DNA of 64,000 nucleotides from Terriglobia bacterium (GTDB lineage Bacteria; Acidobacteriota; Terriglobia; 20CM-2-55-15): NCBI GenBank assembly GCA_965198225.1, contig CBDAOY010000009.1, positions 192,001 to 256,000 of the forward strand, read 5' to 3'. Shown piece by piece: positions 27,221 to 37,944 of this stretch (position 1 is its first letter; each line of letters starts with the position of its first letter). The notes under the pieces were generated by a model. It saw only the letters and a program-made list of their open reading frames with translations, ran no database searches and was not told where the DNA came from. The position numbers and the translations under genes were made by a program.

Positions 27221-27574
27221 ATGAACATCAAGATCAAACGGGCATATGAGGAACCCGACGAGGCGGACGGATTCCGGATACTCGTCGACCGCCTCTGGCC
27301 CCGGGGCCTATCCAAGCAGAACGCACGGATCGATTACTGGCCGAAAGAGCTCGCTCCATCGACAGAGCTGCGCCGATGGTACGGCCACGATCCCGAGAAG
27401 TGGCCCGAGTTCAAGTCGCGCTATTTCGCGGAACTGGATGGCGAACCCGACCTGGTAAGCCGGCTTCTGGAATACCTGGGTGACGACACCGTCACCTTCG
27501 TCTTCAGCTCCAAAGAGGAACGGCTGAATAACGCGTTCGCGCTCAGAGAATACGTGTCCCTGCTCGGAAAGTAG
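27221..27574 (+). CDS. DUF488 (YeaO-like) protein
   Basis: IKRAYE..DGFRILVDRLWPRG..ELAPSTELRRWY..NNA. Confidence 0.93.
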   Translation: MNIKIKRAYEEPDEADGFRILVDRLWPRGLSKQNARIDYWPKELAPSTELRRWYGHDPEKWPEFKSRYFAELDGEPDLVSRLLEYLGDDTVTFVFSSKEERLNNAFALREYVSLLGK

Positions 27575-27684
27575 CCTCCCGGACGAAACACAGCCAACCA
27601 TGGCCGCAGCCAGACGGGAGTTCCTCTACCACTTCCTCGAGTCGGTAACCGCGGCCAGCCGTCGGAGCGTATACTGGCTCCGAC

Positions 27685-28494
27685 ATGAACCCAGACATTC
27701 CCGCGGACAAACTGACCTACGAGAGTTACCTGAAGGTCCCTGAGCTACTGGAGCTGCAAAAGCCCCTTGCGGATCCAGCAAGCCATGATGAGATGCTGTT
27801 CATCATCAGCCACCAGGTGTTCGAGCTCTGGTTCAGACTGATGCTTCACGAGCTGCGTTTGATCCTTTCGCTACTGGATGAGGGCGACATCAGAGAACCC
27901 GAACGCCTGCTGCGGCGGTTGACGGCCACCGTGCGCCTCTTCATTCCCAAGTTGACCGTCCTGGAAACGATGATCCCGTCCGATTTCATCGAGTTCCGGG
28001 ACAACCTGAAGCCGGCAAGCGGCTTCCAGTCGCGACAGTTCCGCGAGATCGAATACATCTGTGGATCAAGAGATCGTCGTTATCTTGCGATGTTTGACGA
28101 CCACCCTGAAGCGCGGCGACAGTTGGAAGCGCGGCTCCGGGAGCCCTCGCTCTGGGACCGCTTCGTGAATCTGCTGGACGGACGCGGCTTCTCGGTCGAG
28201 ACCGACGAGGAACAGGAAACGGCCGTCGTCGAGGTCTACATCAATCCCGATCACCACGAAATAAAGATCCTCTGCGAAGCCATGATCGAGTACGACGAGA
28301 TGTTCTCGCTCTGGCGCGAACATCACGTTCGGATGGCGCAAAGAATGATCGGCCGCAAGGCGGGAACGGGCCAGAAACTGGTCGAGACCGCGTTCGGTCA
28401 GGGACCGCTCGGAACGATGGGCGTGGAGTACCTGACCCAAACGCTCGACAAGAGATTCTTTCCCCTGTTGTGGGCTGCGCGGACGCGGATGTAG
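27685..28494 (+). CDS. kynA: Tryptophan 2,3-dioxygenase
   Basis: TYESYL, HDEMLFIISHQVFELWF, ASGFQS.QFR, RMIG.K.GTG, FPLLW..R. Confidence 0.93.
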   Translation: MNPDIPADKLTYESYLKVPELLELQKPLADPASHDEMLFIISHQVFELWFRLMLHELRLILSLLDEGDIREPERLLRRLTATVRLFIPKLTVLETMIPSDFIEFRDNLKPASGFQSRQFREIEYICGSRDRRYLAMFDDHPEARRQLEARLREPSLWDRFVNLLDGRGFSVETDEEQETAVVEVYINPDHHEIKILCEAMIEYDEMFSLWREHHVRMAQRMIGRKAGTGQKLVETAFGQGPLGTMGVEYLTQTLDKRFFPLLWAARTRM

Positions 28495-28528
28495 GCTCGG
28501 TTCTCACTCTACTCACTCGGGAGGTTCC

Positions 28529-28951
28529 GTGAGCGAAAAAAACAGCTCTCGAAGAAAGGGCGGCATCTTCCTGCCGCCCGGCGAGGGGCGGTCCTACCCG
28601 ATGGGACGCATCAGCGCCGTGTTCAAAGCGGATGGCGACGAGACTGCGCGCGGGTACTCCATCTCCGAATGGCGGCTGGAGCCGCACACGAAGGGGCCCG
28701 GAGCACACTCCCACGAGGAAGACGACGTCTTCTACGTGATCGAAGGAACCATGAGTTTCCTGATCGGTGACCAATGGAGGGAGGCCCGAGAAGGCTCCTT
28801 CGTACTGGCGCCGGGTGGCACGACGCATGATTTCGAGAACCGAAGTTCGAGCCAGGCAGCGGTCCTGAACTTCTCCATCCCCGGCGATTTCGAGAAGAAT
28901 ATGCCGGCAATCGCGAAATGGTTTGCCGAGAACCCCCCGGAGGACGCGTGA
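28529..28951 (+). CDS. Cupin domain protein
   Basis: GAHSHEEDDVFYVIEG...APGGTTHDFEN. Confidence 0.9.
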   Translation: MSEKNSSRRKGGIFLPPGEGRSYPMGRISAVFKADGDETARGYSISEWRLEPHTKGPGAHSHEEDDVFYVIEGTMSFLIGDQWREAREGSFVLAPGGTTHDFENRSSSQAAVLNFSIPGDFEKNMPAIAKWFAENPPEDA

Positions 28952-29163
28952 ACACGGTTTACCGTGGCAGGCTGAACCTGGGCGTTTTCCACAACCACCG
29001 GCTCGACAATACCTACAAGGGTCGTTACATCGTTCGATTGCCGGACCGTACGCTGGTGTACGCCGATAAGTACGAAAAGCGCGTGACCGAGTACCGACAG
29101 CGGCACGGTGACGCGGAAGAAGGCGCCGGCAGATCGAGCCAGGCCGGTGCCGACATTCGGTAG
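28948..29163 (+). CDS. Small hypothetical protein or fragment
   Basis: GTG overlapping the cupin stop; fills the gap to the next gene. Confidence 0.35.
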   Translation: MNTVYRGRLNLGVFHNHRLDNTYKGRYIVRLPDRTLVYADKYEKRVTEYRQRHGDAEEGAGRSSQAGADIR

Positions 29164-29181
29164 GAACCTGGCCGGAAACGC

Positions 29182-29657
29182 ATGCAGTGGTACTGGATCA
29201 TCGCGGTCGCTCTCGTTGTCGTATTAGCGATGATGCACCAGTTTGGCATCCTCCGGTTCGATACCTCCCTGCACTGGAGCGCATGGGTTGTTGCGGCTCT
29301 TGTCCTGCTCAACGGCGGCTGGATGGCGTTCGACGGAGGCCGGGCGCTCGTCATCGGGGACTACGTCACCCCGAAGTCCGGACAACTCGCCGGGACTCTG
29401 GGGCCCTGGTCCCGGGTCGTCCAGACGGTTGGCATCGACCCGCGATCGACTCTGATGAAGTTCATGTTTCTCAGCTACGGGCTCGCGTACCTGGCCGCGA
29501 CGGCCGCTTTCCTGCTGGGGACGTCGACAGCGTGGTGGGCGATGCGTTTCTTGCCGTGCTGGGCTTCTGGTACATTCCGTTCGGGACGTTGATCAACCTG
29601 ATCGTGCTGACGCTGCTGCTGCTGACGCCTCTGCGCTCCACCGGCGGAAGTATCTGA
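29182..29657 (+). pseudogene. Membrane protein with a frameshift near 29545
   Basis: GWMAFDG.RAL..GDY..P..G..LGPW; hydrophobic tail LAVLGFWYIPFGTL is in another frame. Confidence 0.7.
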
Positions 29658-29703
29658 CGGCAACACTTCGGGACAGAATTCAAACCGAACGGAGGAATCA
29701 CCA

Positions 29704-30462
29704 TTGAGCGCAGTTGGAAAGGTCGCCATCGTTACCGGAGCCGGGACAGGTATCGGAAGGCAAGCCGCACTTGCTCTTCTGGAGGCGGGGTATGCCGTCG
29801 CGCTGGCCGGCCGTCGTGGGGACCCCCTGGAGGTCACGAAGAGGGAGGCCGGACCGGCCGGGTCGAACAGCCTGGTCGTGCCCACCGATGTCACAGACCC
29901 CGCCTCCGTTCGAGCTCTGTTTGACCGGACCAAAGAAGTCTTTGGACGTCTGGATCTGTTGTTCAACAACGCCGGAACCAATGCGCCGCCAGTCCCGTTA
30001 GAGGACCTGACCTACGACCAATGGAAGACGGTCGTCGACACGAACCTGACCGGTGCGTTCCTGTGTACACAGGAAGCAATCAAGATCATGAAGAACCAAC
30101 GACCCAGAGGTGGGCGTATCATCAACAATGGGTCTATATCGGCCCATGCCCCAAGGCCCGACTCCGCGCCCTATACCGCAACCAAACACGCGATCACCGG
30201 CCTGACAAAATCAACGGCTCTGGACGGGCGCAAATACGACATCGCCTGCGGTCAGATCGACATCGGCAACGCTGCGACGGAGACGACCGATGTAATGACC
30301 GAGGGTGTTCAGCAGGCCAACGGGTCGATCGCCACCGAATCGCGAATGGCTGTGGATGACGTGGCCCGTGCCGTCCTGTACATGGCGGGTCTTTCGCTGG
30401 ATTCGAACGTGCTGTTCATGACGGTCATGGCGACGAAGATGCCCTACGTCGGCCGCGGCTAG
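29704..30462 (+). CDS. SDR family oxidoreductase
   Basis: [17 protein letters not shown]. Confidence 0.95.
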   Translation: MSAVGKVAIVTGAGTGIGRQAALALLEAGYAVALAGRRGDPLEVTKREAGPAGSNSLVVPTDVTDPASVRALFDRTKEVFGRLDLLFNNAGTNAPPVPLEDLTYDQWKTVVDTNLTGAFLCTQEAIKIMKNQRPRGGRIINNGSISAHAPRPDSAPYTATKHAITGLTKSTALDGRKYDIACGQIDIGNAATETTDVMTEGVQQANGSIATESRMAVDDVARAVLYMAGLSLDSNVLFMTVMATKMPYVGRG

Positions 30463-30514
30463 CCGAGGACACTACACGGACGGTGTCATTCAGACACGGC
30501 GGGATTCGGAACGG

Positions 30515-31138
30515 ATGAGAATGAAGTCGGAGTACTCCAGATGGCGACCCCATCCCTGGCATGGCTTGACCCCGGGTCCGAACCCGCCGTCGGATCTACA
30601 CGCTTTCGTGGAGATCACACCGTTCGATCTGGTGAAGTACGAGGTCGATAAGACCAGTGGCTACCTCAGGGTGGATCGATCGCAGCGAACATCTTCTCTC
30701 CCGCCGGCCCTCTATGGCTTTGTTCCTCAGACGTACGCGGCGGAGAGGGTCGCCTCGCTGATGCCGGATGTCGACGAGGGGGACCTCGATCCGCTCGACA
30801 TCTGCGTCCTGAGTGAGCGGCCGATTTCAAGAGCCGAGGTGATCGTCGGAACCCGGGTCGTCGGGGGAATTCCCATGATCGACGGGGGGCAGGCCGACGA
30901 CAAGATCGTCGGCATACTCCGCGATGATCCAGTGTTTGGGGAAGTGCACGAAATCGGCGAGGTTCCGAGTGTCCTTATCGACCGCCTGATTCACTATTTC
31001 TCGACCTACAAGCTCGGGCCGGAGTCCCCGGCTGACGTCACTGTGGGCAGGCCATACGGAAGGGCTCATGCTGAGGCTGTCGTGGCTGCCTCTCTGGAAG
31101 ACTATCGCGCCCAGTTCGCCCCCGGGCCGACAAGCTAG
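30515..31138 (+). CDS. ppa: Family I inorganic pyrophosphatase
   Basis: HPWH, KYEVDK, YGFVPQT, DLDPLD, DDK, YK. Confidence 0.92.
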   Translation: MRMKSEYSRWRPHPWHGLTPGPNPPSDLHAFVEITPFDLVKYEVDKTSGYLRVDRSQRTSSLPPALYGFVPQTYAAERVASLMPDVDEGDLDPLDICVLSERPISRAEVIVGTRVVGGIPMIDGGQADDKIVGILRDDPVFGEVHEIGEVPSVLIDRLIHYFSTYKLGPESPADVTVGRPYGRAHAEAVVAASLEDYRAQFAPGPTS

Positions 31139-31249
31139 AAAGAGTCAAACGTAGCCCCGCTATAGCGCAGAGCACGCTGCGGGTCGAGTTTAGAAGTCGA
31201 CGACTCAACGCCTTTTCGTCCGCCGCAGTCGAGTCGAACGACCCCTGAC

Positions 31250-31425
31250 TTGAGGTACGATATTCCAGAACGGCAGGTGTTCCACGTGAAACCCCCATAC
31301 ATCGAAGACGCTCTGGATCGCACACTGGACCGAAATCCGCGCGTGAGACGGACGGCGCTCCTCGACCTGTGCCCCTGCAGAGTTCGAACCGAGATTGCGG
31401 CTGTCTGGGACCGCCTGCTCGAACC
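31250..31425 (+). pseudogene. HEAT-repeat-like protein fragment
   Basis: NPRVRRTALLDLCPCRVR...WDRLLE, then runs into the next gene. Confidence 0.4.
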
Positions 31426-31437
31426 CGGAGGTATGAA

Positions 31438-31971
31438 ATGTACAACCGAGCCTTTCTGCTTCTACCGCTGTTACTAGGCGCGATCGCCTGTCAGCCGCAA
31501 CCCCCCACCGACCAGGACGACCCGATCCCCATTCTCTCGCCGCTTCACGGTGCCTGGCGCGGTCTGGACATCCAGACCGTTTCGGCGGGGGGGGGAGTCA
31601 CCGAGGTCGACATGCAGGAGAACCTGCTCCTGTTCACGGAGGGGTACTACACGATCGCCTACAGCTCCGGCGATGAGCGGTTTCCGCTGTTCGCCGAGAG
31701 GTGGGCGGCCGCTGACGAGGAAAAGGTAGCCCGGATCGACTCCATCGTCGTGAACGGCGGCACGTACGACGTGACGGGTTCGACGCTGGTCATGCGGCCG
31801 CAGTTCGCGATCGCCCCCGGGTTCGTCAACGGCAGGAGCGAATACGAATACGAAATATCGGGCGACGCCCTGACGCTGACTCTGACGAACGTCGTATCCT
31901 CAGACGACATCCAGCTGCCGGCGTTCGCCGACGGTGGTCGAACCATATACCGGCTCGCGAGGCTCGAGTAG
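31438..31971 (+). CDS. Lipocalin-like lipoprotein
   Basis: Lipobox AIAC, LHGAW, GGTYDVTG, ISGDALTL. Confidence 0.7.
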   Translation: MYNRAFLLLPLLLGAIACQPQPPTDQDDPIPILSPLHGAWRGLDIQTVSAGGGVTEVDMQENLLLFTEGYYTIAYSSGDERFPLFAERWAAADEEKVARIDSIVVNGGTYDVTGSTLVMRPQFAIAPGFVNGRSEYEYEISGDALTLTLTNVVSSDDIQLPAFADGGRTIYRLARLE

Positions 31972-31997
31972 CGGGCGGCATTTCGAGCCGAGCAATC

Positions 31998-32534
31998 ATG
32001 GGAAAGACTGTCGCTTTCTTACGAGGGATCAACGTCGCGGGCCATAGGATGACTGCGATGGCCGACGTCGTCCGAGTATTCGAGTCGCTCGGATTCGCGA
32101 ATGTCAGAACGTACATCCAGAGTGGAAACGTTCTGTTCGACACACGGGCCAGGAGCCTCGGACGATTGCGTCTGAAGACCGAACAGGCACTCGGCGACCA
32201 ACTGGGTGCGGAGGTCACGGTCCTGCTAAGGACGCTGTCGGAGATCGTGAGAATCGTGGAGCGCGACCCGTTCAAGAAGAACCCGGTGGCCAGTGCCAAG
32301 CCGTTCGTGACGTTCATGTCCGCGGCGCCAGCCAGGACTCCGGCACTGCCACTGCGTTCTCCGAAGGGCGATGTCGAAGTCTTTGAGATCGTGGGGACCG
32401 AAGCGTTCTCGCTCTCGATCGAAAAGAAAGGTCGTTTCGGATTCCCGAACAACTTCATCGAAACGAAGTTCGGAGTTCCCAGCACGACCCGCAATTGGAA
32501 CGCGGTACGCAAGGTGGCGTCTCTGGGATCCTGA
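31998..32534 (+). CDS. DUF1697 family protein
   Basis: FLRGINVAG, VRTYIQSGN, TTRNWN. Confidence 0.93.
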   Translation: MGKTVAFLRGINVAGHRMTAMADVVRVFESLGFANVRTYIQSGNVLFDTRARSLGRLRLKTEQALGDQLGAEVTVLLRTLSEIVRIVERDPFKKNPVASAKPFVTFMSAAPARTPALPLRSPKGDVEVFEIVGTEAFSLSIEKKGRFGFPNNFIETKFGVPSTTRNWNAVRKVASLGS

Positions 32535-32571
32535 ATCAGAAGCGACGATCCGGGAATTCGCGAACTCTCGC

Positions 32572-33132
32572 ATGCACCCTCAGCTACAGACGATCCGCGA
32601 TGACTTTGCGGACGCTGACCAGCGACTTCATCACCTACGGGATGAGGTACCCGAGGACCGGTGGCTCGAGCGTGTGAATCCCAGCCGCTGGTCAATCGCG
32701 GAGTGCGTGGGCCACCTGAACCTGACAACGAGAAAGTTTGAACCGGTGATCCGCGAGGCATTGGACCGCGCCGGCGCACTGGGCGGCCCGGTGCCCCGCC
32801 GTTATCGCCGAAACCTGGTGGGCTGGCTGCTGTGGCGATCCGCGGGCCCGCCGGCAAGACTTCGCGTGAAGACCCCGGCGGCGTTTGTTCCGAGGGACGA
32901 CGGCGGGCCGGCGGAATTGATAGCGGAGTTCGACCGGTGGCAGTCCGAACAGCTCGGTTGGGTGGACGCGGCCGATGGCCTGCCCTTGAACCGGTTGCAG
33001 ATCACGTCACCGTTCGACAGCCGCGTACGATATAACTTGTACGCGTGTCTCAGCATCTTGCCGCGACACCAGCATCGCCATCTCTGGCAGGCGGAGCAGG
33101 TGTGGCAAGACCTGAGGACGGGCGGCTTGTAA
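32572..33132 (+). CDS. DinB family protein
   Basis: WSIAECVGHL...HQHRHLWQA. Confidence 0.9.
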   Translation: MHPQLQTIRDDFADADQRLHHLRDEVPEDRWLERVNPSRWSIAECVGHLNLTTRKFEPVIREALDRAGALGGPVPRRYRRNLVGWLLWRSAGPPARLRVKTPAAFVPRDDGGPAELIAEFDRWQSEQLGWVDAADGLPLNRLQITSPFDSRVRYNLYACLSILPRHQHRHLWQAEQVWQDLRTGGL

Positions 33133-33215
33133 CGAGGCTGCCTGTTGACCCTGCAAACCGGGCCGGTCCGAGCTAGGTGTGCCTGAATGATGGCGGGGAG
33201 GAACTCGAGGATCGG

Positions 33216-33285
33216 GTGTAGGTGCGCTCTATGAGCGCACGTGTTACCGGCTCGAAAAGTGTGCGGTCATAGACCGCGCCGACAC
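33216..33285. repeat. GTAG-type REP doublet (REPIN) 2
   Basis: gtgtaggtgcgctctatgagcgcac ... gtgcggtcatagaccgcgccgacac. Confidence 0.85.
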
Positions 33286-33339
33286 TTCGTTCGAACACAC
33301 GGCTCTCGAAAAGGCCCACCGTCGAAAGGAGCGTATTCT

Positions 33340-34653
33340 TTGCAAGCACGAGTAGTCTGCATCACGGCTGTTACGATTCTCATTGTTGGTTGCCGAGCGC
33401 CAGACGCGAATATGACATCTTCGGCGACGGACGGGAACGTCGAGGTTTCCGAGTGGCGGGGCTATACCGACGAAGAGATTGAATCTTTCAGCTCCGACCT
33501 CGATCTGGTCAATTGGGACGACGGCGGCGAGATCAGCCGCTTTGCCTTCCTGAATACGTCGTCTTTCTTTCCCACCGCAACGATCGATCGCGGGGTTAGG
33601 GTCGCTCGACTCGATTACTCCCTGGATAGTGAGCTCGCCGCCTATTCTGTGACTCTCGGCGCACGGACCCTGTCGTTCGATGAGTACGTGGACCAGGTGG
33701 CCGTGGATGGCATCGTAATACTTCACCGGGGAAAGGTCACCTACGAGAAGTATCCGCGGATGCGCGCCGACGAGGGTCACCTCCTGTTTTCATTGAGCAA
33801 GATCTACGTATCCACACTCGTCGCGATTCTGGAGGACAAAGGCCTGGTCTCGGTCGAAGAGCCGATCGATAGCTACATACCCGAGCTCGCCTCGAGCGGC
33901 TGGCGTGGTGTCAGGGTCCGCGACATCCTCGACATGGCATCGGGTATCGATTCGCTCGAGTGGATCGACGGGGCCTATACGGATCCGAACCGCAAGCATT
34001 ACCAGTACGAAGCAAGCCTGGGATGGCTTCCGAAGGTCAATTCCCATCCGCAATCCGTACACCAGGGATCGACCTATGCTTTCCTGGCGAAGCTCGCCCG
34101 GCTCACCGGGCCCGGAGAACGGTTCGAATACGTCAGCGTCAATTCCGCAGTTCTCGGCTGGATGGTCGAGAAGCTTGCCGGGAAGAGTTTTGCGGAAGTT
34201 CTTTCCGACGAGATTTGGAGCCGCATCGGTGCCGAGAACGATGGGTTGGTTACGGTGAACGACTCCGGCATTGCCGCGGTCCACGGCGGGATCATCGGGA
34301 ACCTCCGTGACGTCGCCCGGTTCGGACTGTTGTTCACCCCCAGCCGTGTCGCCCTCAGCCCAGAGCAGATCGTCTCCGACGCATACCTTCAGAAGATTCA
34401 GTCCGGGGGACGCCCGGAGTTGATGGCAGATTCCGGCTACGCGAGCCAGAAGCCACCACCACGTTATGTCAGCTACCAGTGGCAGGTATATGAAGACGGG
34501 TCATTCTTCAAGGGAGGTTTCGGCGGTCAGGGTCTCTACGTGGACCCCGGCAAGGATATCGTCCTCGCGTTTGTAGGAACGCATGGATACGGGGAAGAAA
34601 ATCTTCCTCCGCCCCTGGAGGTATGCGTGAAGATGTTCTCCGAGATGTACTGA
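33340..34653 (+). CDS. Serine hydrolase lipoprotein (class C beta-lactamase/NylB-like)
   Basis: TTG start with AAGGA RBS, lipobox IVGC, SLSK, ILDMASG, FEYVS, GFGGQ. Confidence 0.88.
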   Translation: MQARVVCITAVTILIVGCRAPDANMTSSATDGNVEVSEWRGYTDEEIESFSSDLDLVNWDDGGEISRFAFLNTSSFFPTATIDRGVRVARLDYSLDSELAAYSVTLGARTLSFDEYVDQVAVDGIVILHRGKVTYEKYPRMRADEGHLLFSLSKIYVSTLVAILEDKGLVSVEEPIDSYIPELASSGWRGVRVRDILDMASGIDSLEWIDGAYTDPNRKHYQYEASLGWLPKVNSHPQSVHQGSTYAFLAKLARLTGPGERFEYVSVNSAVLGWMVEKLAGKSFAEVLSDEIWSRIGAENDGLVTVNDSGIAAVHGGIIGNLRDVARFGLLFTPSRVALSPEQIVSDAYLQKIQSGGRPELMADSGYASQKPPPRYVSYQWQVYEDGSFFKGGFGGQGLYVDPGKDIVLAFVGTHGYGEENLPPPLEVCVKMFSEMY

Positions 34654-34684
34654 AACCCGAACGAGTGGCCAGGAGCGCGTAGAG

Positions 34685-35095
34685 ATGGCAGAACTGAAGA
34701 CAAAACAAACCAACCAGAGTGTGACGAAGTTCCTGAACGCGATCGACGACAAGAAAAGACGTCAGGATTGCCGGGTCGTCCTGAAGATCATGAAACAGGC
34801 CACTAAGGCGCCACCCAGGATGTGGGGCAAGAATATAGTCGGATTCGGCAACGATCACTACAAGTACGCAAGCGGTCGTGAGGGGGACTGGTTCGTGGCG
34901 GGATTCTCGCCGCGCAAACAGGATTTGACGCTTTATTTGACGCCCGAATTCGAAGGTCGGGAAGCACTCCTCGGTAAGCTCGGCAAGCACAAGACCGGCA
35001 AGTCGTGCCTGTACATCAAGAACCTGGACGATGTCGACCTGGAAGTACTCGAAAAACTTGTCACACAGTCGGTCCGACAGACCCGATCCTCATAG
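34685..35095 (+). CDS. DUF1801 family protein
   Basis: PRMWG..IVGFG..HYKYASGREGDW..GFSPRK..KLGKHKTGKSCLYIK. Confidence 0.92.
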   Translation: MAELKTKQTNQSVTKFLNAIDDKKRRQDCRVVLKIMKQATKAPPRMWGKNIVGFGNDHYKYASGREGDWFVAGFSPRKQDLTLYLTPEFEGREALLGKLGKHKTGKSCLYIKNLDDVDLEVLEKLVTQSVRQTRSS

Positions 35096-35143
35096 TCCGC
35101 AGTTACGACCGCAAACAATCCCCCGAGAAGAGGAACAACGAAG

Positions 35144-35713
35144 ATGAACGAACTGGGCGCAAACTACGGACCGCTGGCCGGCTTGATTGGGACTTGGGAA
35201 GGCGACAAAGGTATGGACGTCGCACCGGAGCCGGAGGGCGCCGAGGAAAGCCCCTACTACGAGACCATCGTGTTTGAGGGTGTCGGGGACATTGAGAACG
35301 CGGAGTCGCAGGAGCTCACTGCCGTTCACTATCGGCAGAAGGTGCGCCGCAAGTCGAACGACGAGGTCTTTCACCATGAAACGGGATACTGGATGTGGGA
35401 CGCGAAGGCCGGGATCGTGATGCATTCGCTGGTCATTCCTCGCGGCGTGGGAGTGATTGCCGGCGGCACGTGGGATGAGTCCCGTCGGGCCGAGAACCGG
35501 GTCACCCTCGAAGTCGCTGCGAAGCACGACGACCCCGACTGGACCATCATCCAGTCACCGTTCATGAGGGAGAACGCACGAACTCTCGAATTCCGCCACA
35601 CCATCACGGTCGGCGGCGGAAGTTTCGCCTATTCGGAGACCACGATCGTGGAGATATACGGGAGGGTCTTTGAGCACACCGACCAGAACCAACTGACGTT
35701 ACGAGAGGGCTAA
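35144..35713 (+). CDS. Nitrobindin/FABP-like heme-binding beta-barrel (DUF1794)
   Basis: GPLAGLIGTWEG, HHETGYW, FEHTDQN. Confidence 0.85.
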   Translation: MNELGANYGPLAGLIGTWEGDKGMDVAPEPEGAEESPYYETIVFEGVGDIENAESQELTAVHYRQKVRRKSNDEVFHHETGYWMWDAKAGIVMHSLVIPRGVGVIAGGTWDESRRAENRVTLEVAAKHDDPDWTIIQSPFMRENARTLEFRHTITVGGGSFAYSETTIVEIYGRVFEHTDQNQLTLREG

Positions 35714-35753
35714 TTTGGCTAAGACTGGATAGAGAAAGCTGTCAGTTGGGATT

Positions 35754-35820
35754 AACCACGGAGGCGCGAAGGCACGGAGGGTTACCTTGTTCTTCTTCGT
35801 GCCTCTGTGCCTCCGTGGTT
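35754..35820. repeat. Inverted-repeat element built of 8-mers (cacggagg/cctccgtg)
   Basis: aaccacggaggc..ggcacggag ... cttcgtgcctctgtgcctccgtggtt. Confidence 0.7.
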
Positions 35821-35862
35821 CAAAAGATGTCTCCGTCTATGGCCTCCGGCGCCAGACGACTT

Positions 35863-36273
35863 ATGTACTGTCCAAATCCCGAGTGCCCCGACACCCAGGC
35901 CACCGGGTTTCGAGCGGAATACAGAAGCGACCTGACCCTGTGTCCCTTCTGCGGCGACGGCCTGGTCTCCACGCTGGAGGCCGTAGACCCACCCCAAGGC
36001 AATCGATCGGATGTGGCGGACGACGAGGAGTTTGAAGTCGTTTTTGAAACGGGGAACGCCACGGAAGTCGCCATCATAAAGTCTCTGCTGGAAGCAGAGG
36101 CAATACCCTATCTGACACGCGGCGAAGACCAGTTCGACGCGTTCCGCGGCCTGTTCCGCAGCACGATGTTCAACCCGAGCGGCCGACCGGTCGTTTTCTC
36201 GGTCCCCGCGAGAATGGCACCAGAAGCCAGACAGCTCCTCGAGGAAACAGAGCTGCCCGACGAAGACGCCTGA
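35863..36273 (+). CDS. Zinc-ribbon + DUF2007 domain protein
   Basis: CPNPEC..EYR..CPFC; AIIKSLLEAEAIPY. Confidence 0.8.
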   Translation: MYCPNPECPDTQATGFRAEYRSDLTLCPFCGDGLVSTLEAVDPPQGNRSDVADDEEFEVVFETGNATEVAIIKSLLEAEAIPYLTRGEDQFDAFRGLFRSTMFNPSGRPVVFSVPARMAPEARQLLEETELPDEDA

Positions 36274-36345
36274 TGGTCGAGGCGGATCGGGGGAGCCTCG
36301 TGATAGTCTTGCTGGGCCGGTTGCGGGAAGCCCTTCCGGGCCCTC

Positions 36346-37176
36346 GTGCCGGCTGGCACCCCAACCAGGAACGATGATTTGGTCGACGATCTCGAACATC
36401 ACGAAGAAAGCTACTCGGCAAAGCAGTCCGGCATCGCCTTGACAGTGGAACAGGCGGCGTTCGGTTCCGAGTCCGGACGTAACGGCTACACCTCTCTCGA
36501 ACAGGCCCAGGCCCTTCTCGACTGTGTCAGTCTGGACGCCGAGGCCTGTCTACTGGACCTCGGAGCCGGGCGGGGATGGCCCGGCACACACATCGCCGAA
36601 ACCAGCGGATGCCGGCTCGTTTCGACGGACATACCGATGGATGCGCTGCGGGCAGCCAAGCGAAAGAGTCTCTCGAGCGACACCCACGTGTGTCGTGAAG
36701 TCGTCGCGGCTGAAGCCCTGGCCCTGCCGTTTTGTGCGGGTTCTTTCGATGCTATCGTACACGCGGATGTATTCTGTTGAATCTCAGACAAGCTCTCCGG
36801 GTGGAGAGAAAGCCATCGGGTCCTGAAACAGGATGGCCGAATAGCGGGCTATACCATTCACACACCCGTTGGACTGAGCCCGGCCGAGGAGCGAAGGGCT
36901 TCGGAGCTGGGGCCGACGCAGGTCAACGGACCAGGTTCGCCCGAAGAACTCGCCCGCACAGCGGGCTTCTCCATTTTGGCTCTGGATGATGTCACGGATA
37001 CTTTTCGGGTCTCGTGTGAATCTCTGCTGCGGGCAAGGGAAGAGCTCGAGGAACAACTTCGGGACGAAGAAGGCGACGCGCCCTACGAAGAGGGGCTGGC
37101 GAACCGGAGAGGGCTGCTGCTCGGGATTTCCGAGGGCCTCCTTTGTCGCTCTTTGATCGTGGCGGTCAAAGTCTGA
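36346..37176 (+). CDS. Class I SAM-dependent methyltransferase with in-frame TGA (probable selenocysteine, CU motif)
   Basis: LLDLGAGRG, LPF..GSFDAIVHADVFC-TGA(36778)-ISDKL..RESHRVLKQDGRIA; frame stays open to 37176. Confidence 0.8.
36781..36813 (+). promoter_or_regulatory. Candidate bacterial SECIS element
   Basis: ctctcc-gggt-ggagag hairpin (36793-36808); G-starting loop 18 nt after the UGA. Confidence 0.65.
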
Positions 37177-37232
37177 AGACTGACCGGCTGCGGGCTGCTC
37201 GCGTCAGGCCGCGCCCCGGACAAGGAGTTGAG

Positions 37233-37886
37233 ATGATGAACAACGTTGCCAACACCTGGATCAAGCGCGCCGTCCTTATTTTCGCGCTTGTCGGGTTCAC
37301 CCTGTCGTCGGCCGGTGCGCAGACATCAGAGGAAGCTGCCCGGTTGTTTGACGCCCTCGGGCTGGAGCCGGGAATGACCGTGGGTGAGGTCGGCGCCGGC
37401 AGGGGAGAGATGACCATCGAAATGGCGAACCGGCTCGGTCCGGAAGGTCACGTCTACACGAACGAACTCGATGCAGCGCGGTTGGAAGACATTCGCAATA
37501 CCCTCAGACGGGACCGGATCGGGAACGTTACAGTTATCGAATCCGGTGAGAACTCGACGAACCTCCCTGAAGGTTGCTGCGATGCCATCTTCATGCGCGA
37601 TGTCTACCACCACCTCACAAGTCCCGCCGAGATCAACCAAAGCATCGTTGCCGCCCTCAAGCCCGGCGGGCGGTTTGCCGTCATTGACTTCGAGCCTCGG
37701 GCCGGCATGAGGCCTGTCGAGGGGGTGCCGGCGAATCGCGGGGGGCACGGAGTCCGTCCGGACCTGATCGTCGAAGAGCTAAGAGCGGCCGGCATGACGG
37801 TGACCCAGCCGAGCGCGGATTGGGTTGCTCGCGCCAGGGGCAACACCCGGATGTTTGTTGTGGTGTTCACGAAGCCGGTGGGATAG
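37233..37886 (+). CDS. Secreted class I SAM-dependent methyltransferase
   Basis: Signal peptide, [24 protein letters not shown]. Confidence 0.88.
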   Translation: MMNNVANTWIKRAVLIFALVGFTLSSAGAQTSEEAARLFDALGLEPGMTVGEVGAGRGEMTIEMANRLGPEGHVYTNELDAARLEDIRNTLRRDRIGNVTVIESGENSTNLPEGCCDAIFMRDVYHHLTSPAEINQSIVAALKPGGRFAVIDFEPRAGMRPVEGVPANRGGHGVRPDLIVEELRAAGMTVTQPSADWVARARGNTRMFVVVFTKPVG

Positions 37887-37944
37887 CGTTGAGGGCAAAT
37901 ACGGACGCGAATCCTGTGCAGGAAGATTGAAAGGTGTCGATCCT

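Noticed and set aside
33241-33339. N-terminal extension of the serine hydrolase given by the ORF track
   Set aside because: It starts inside a REPIN; TTG 33340 has an RBS and gives a proper lipoprotein signal.
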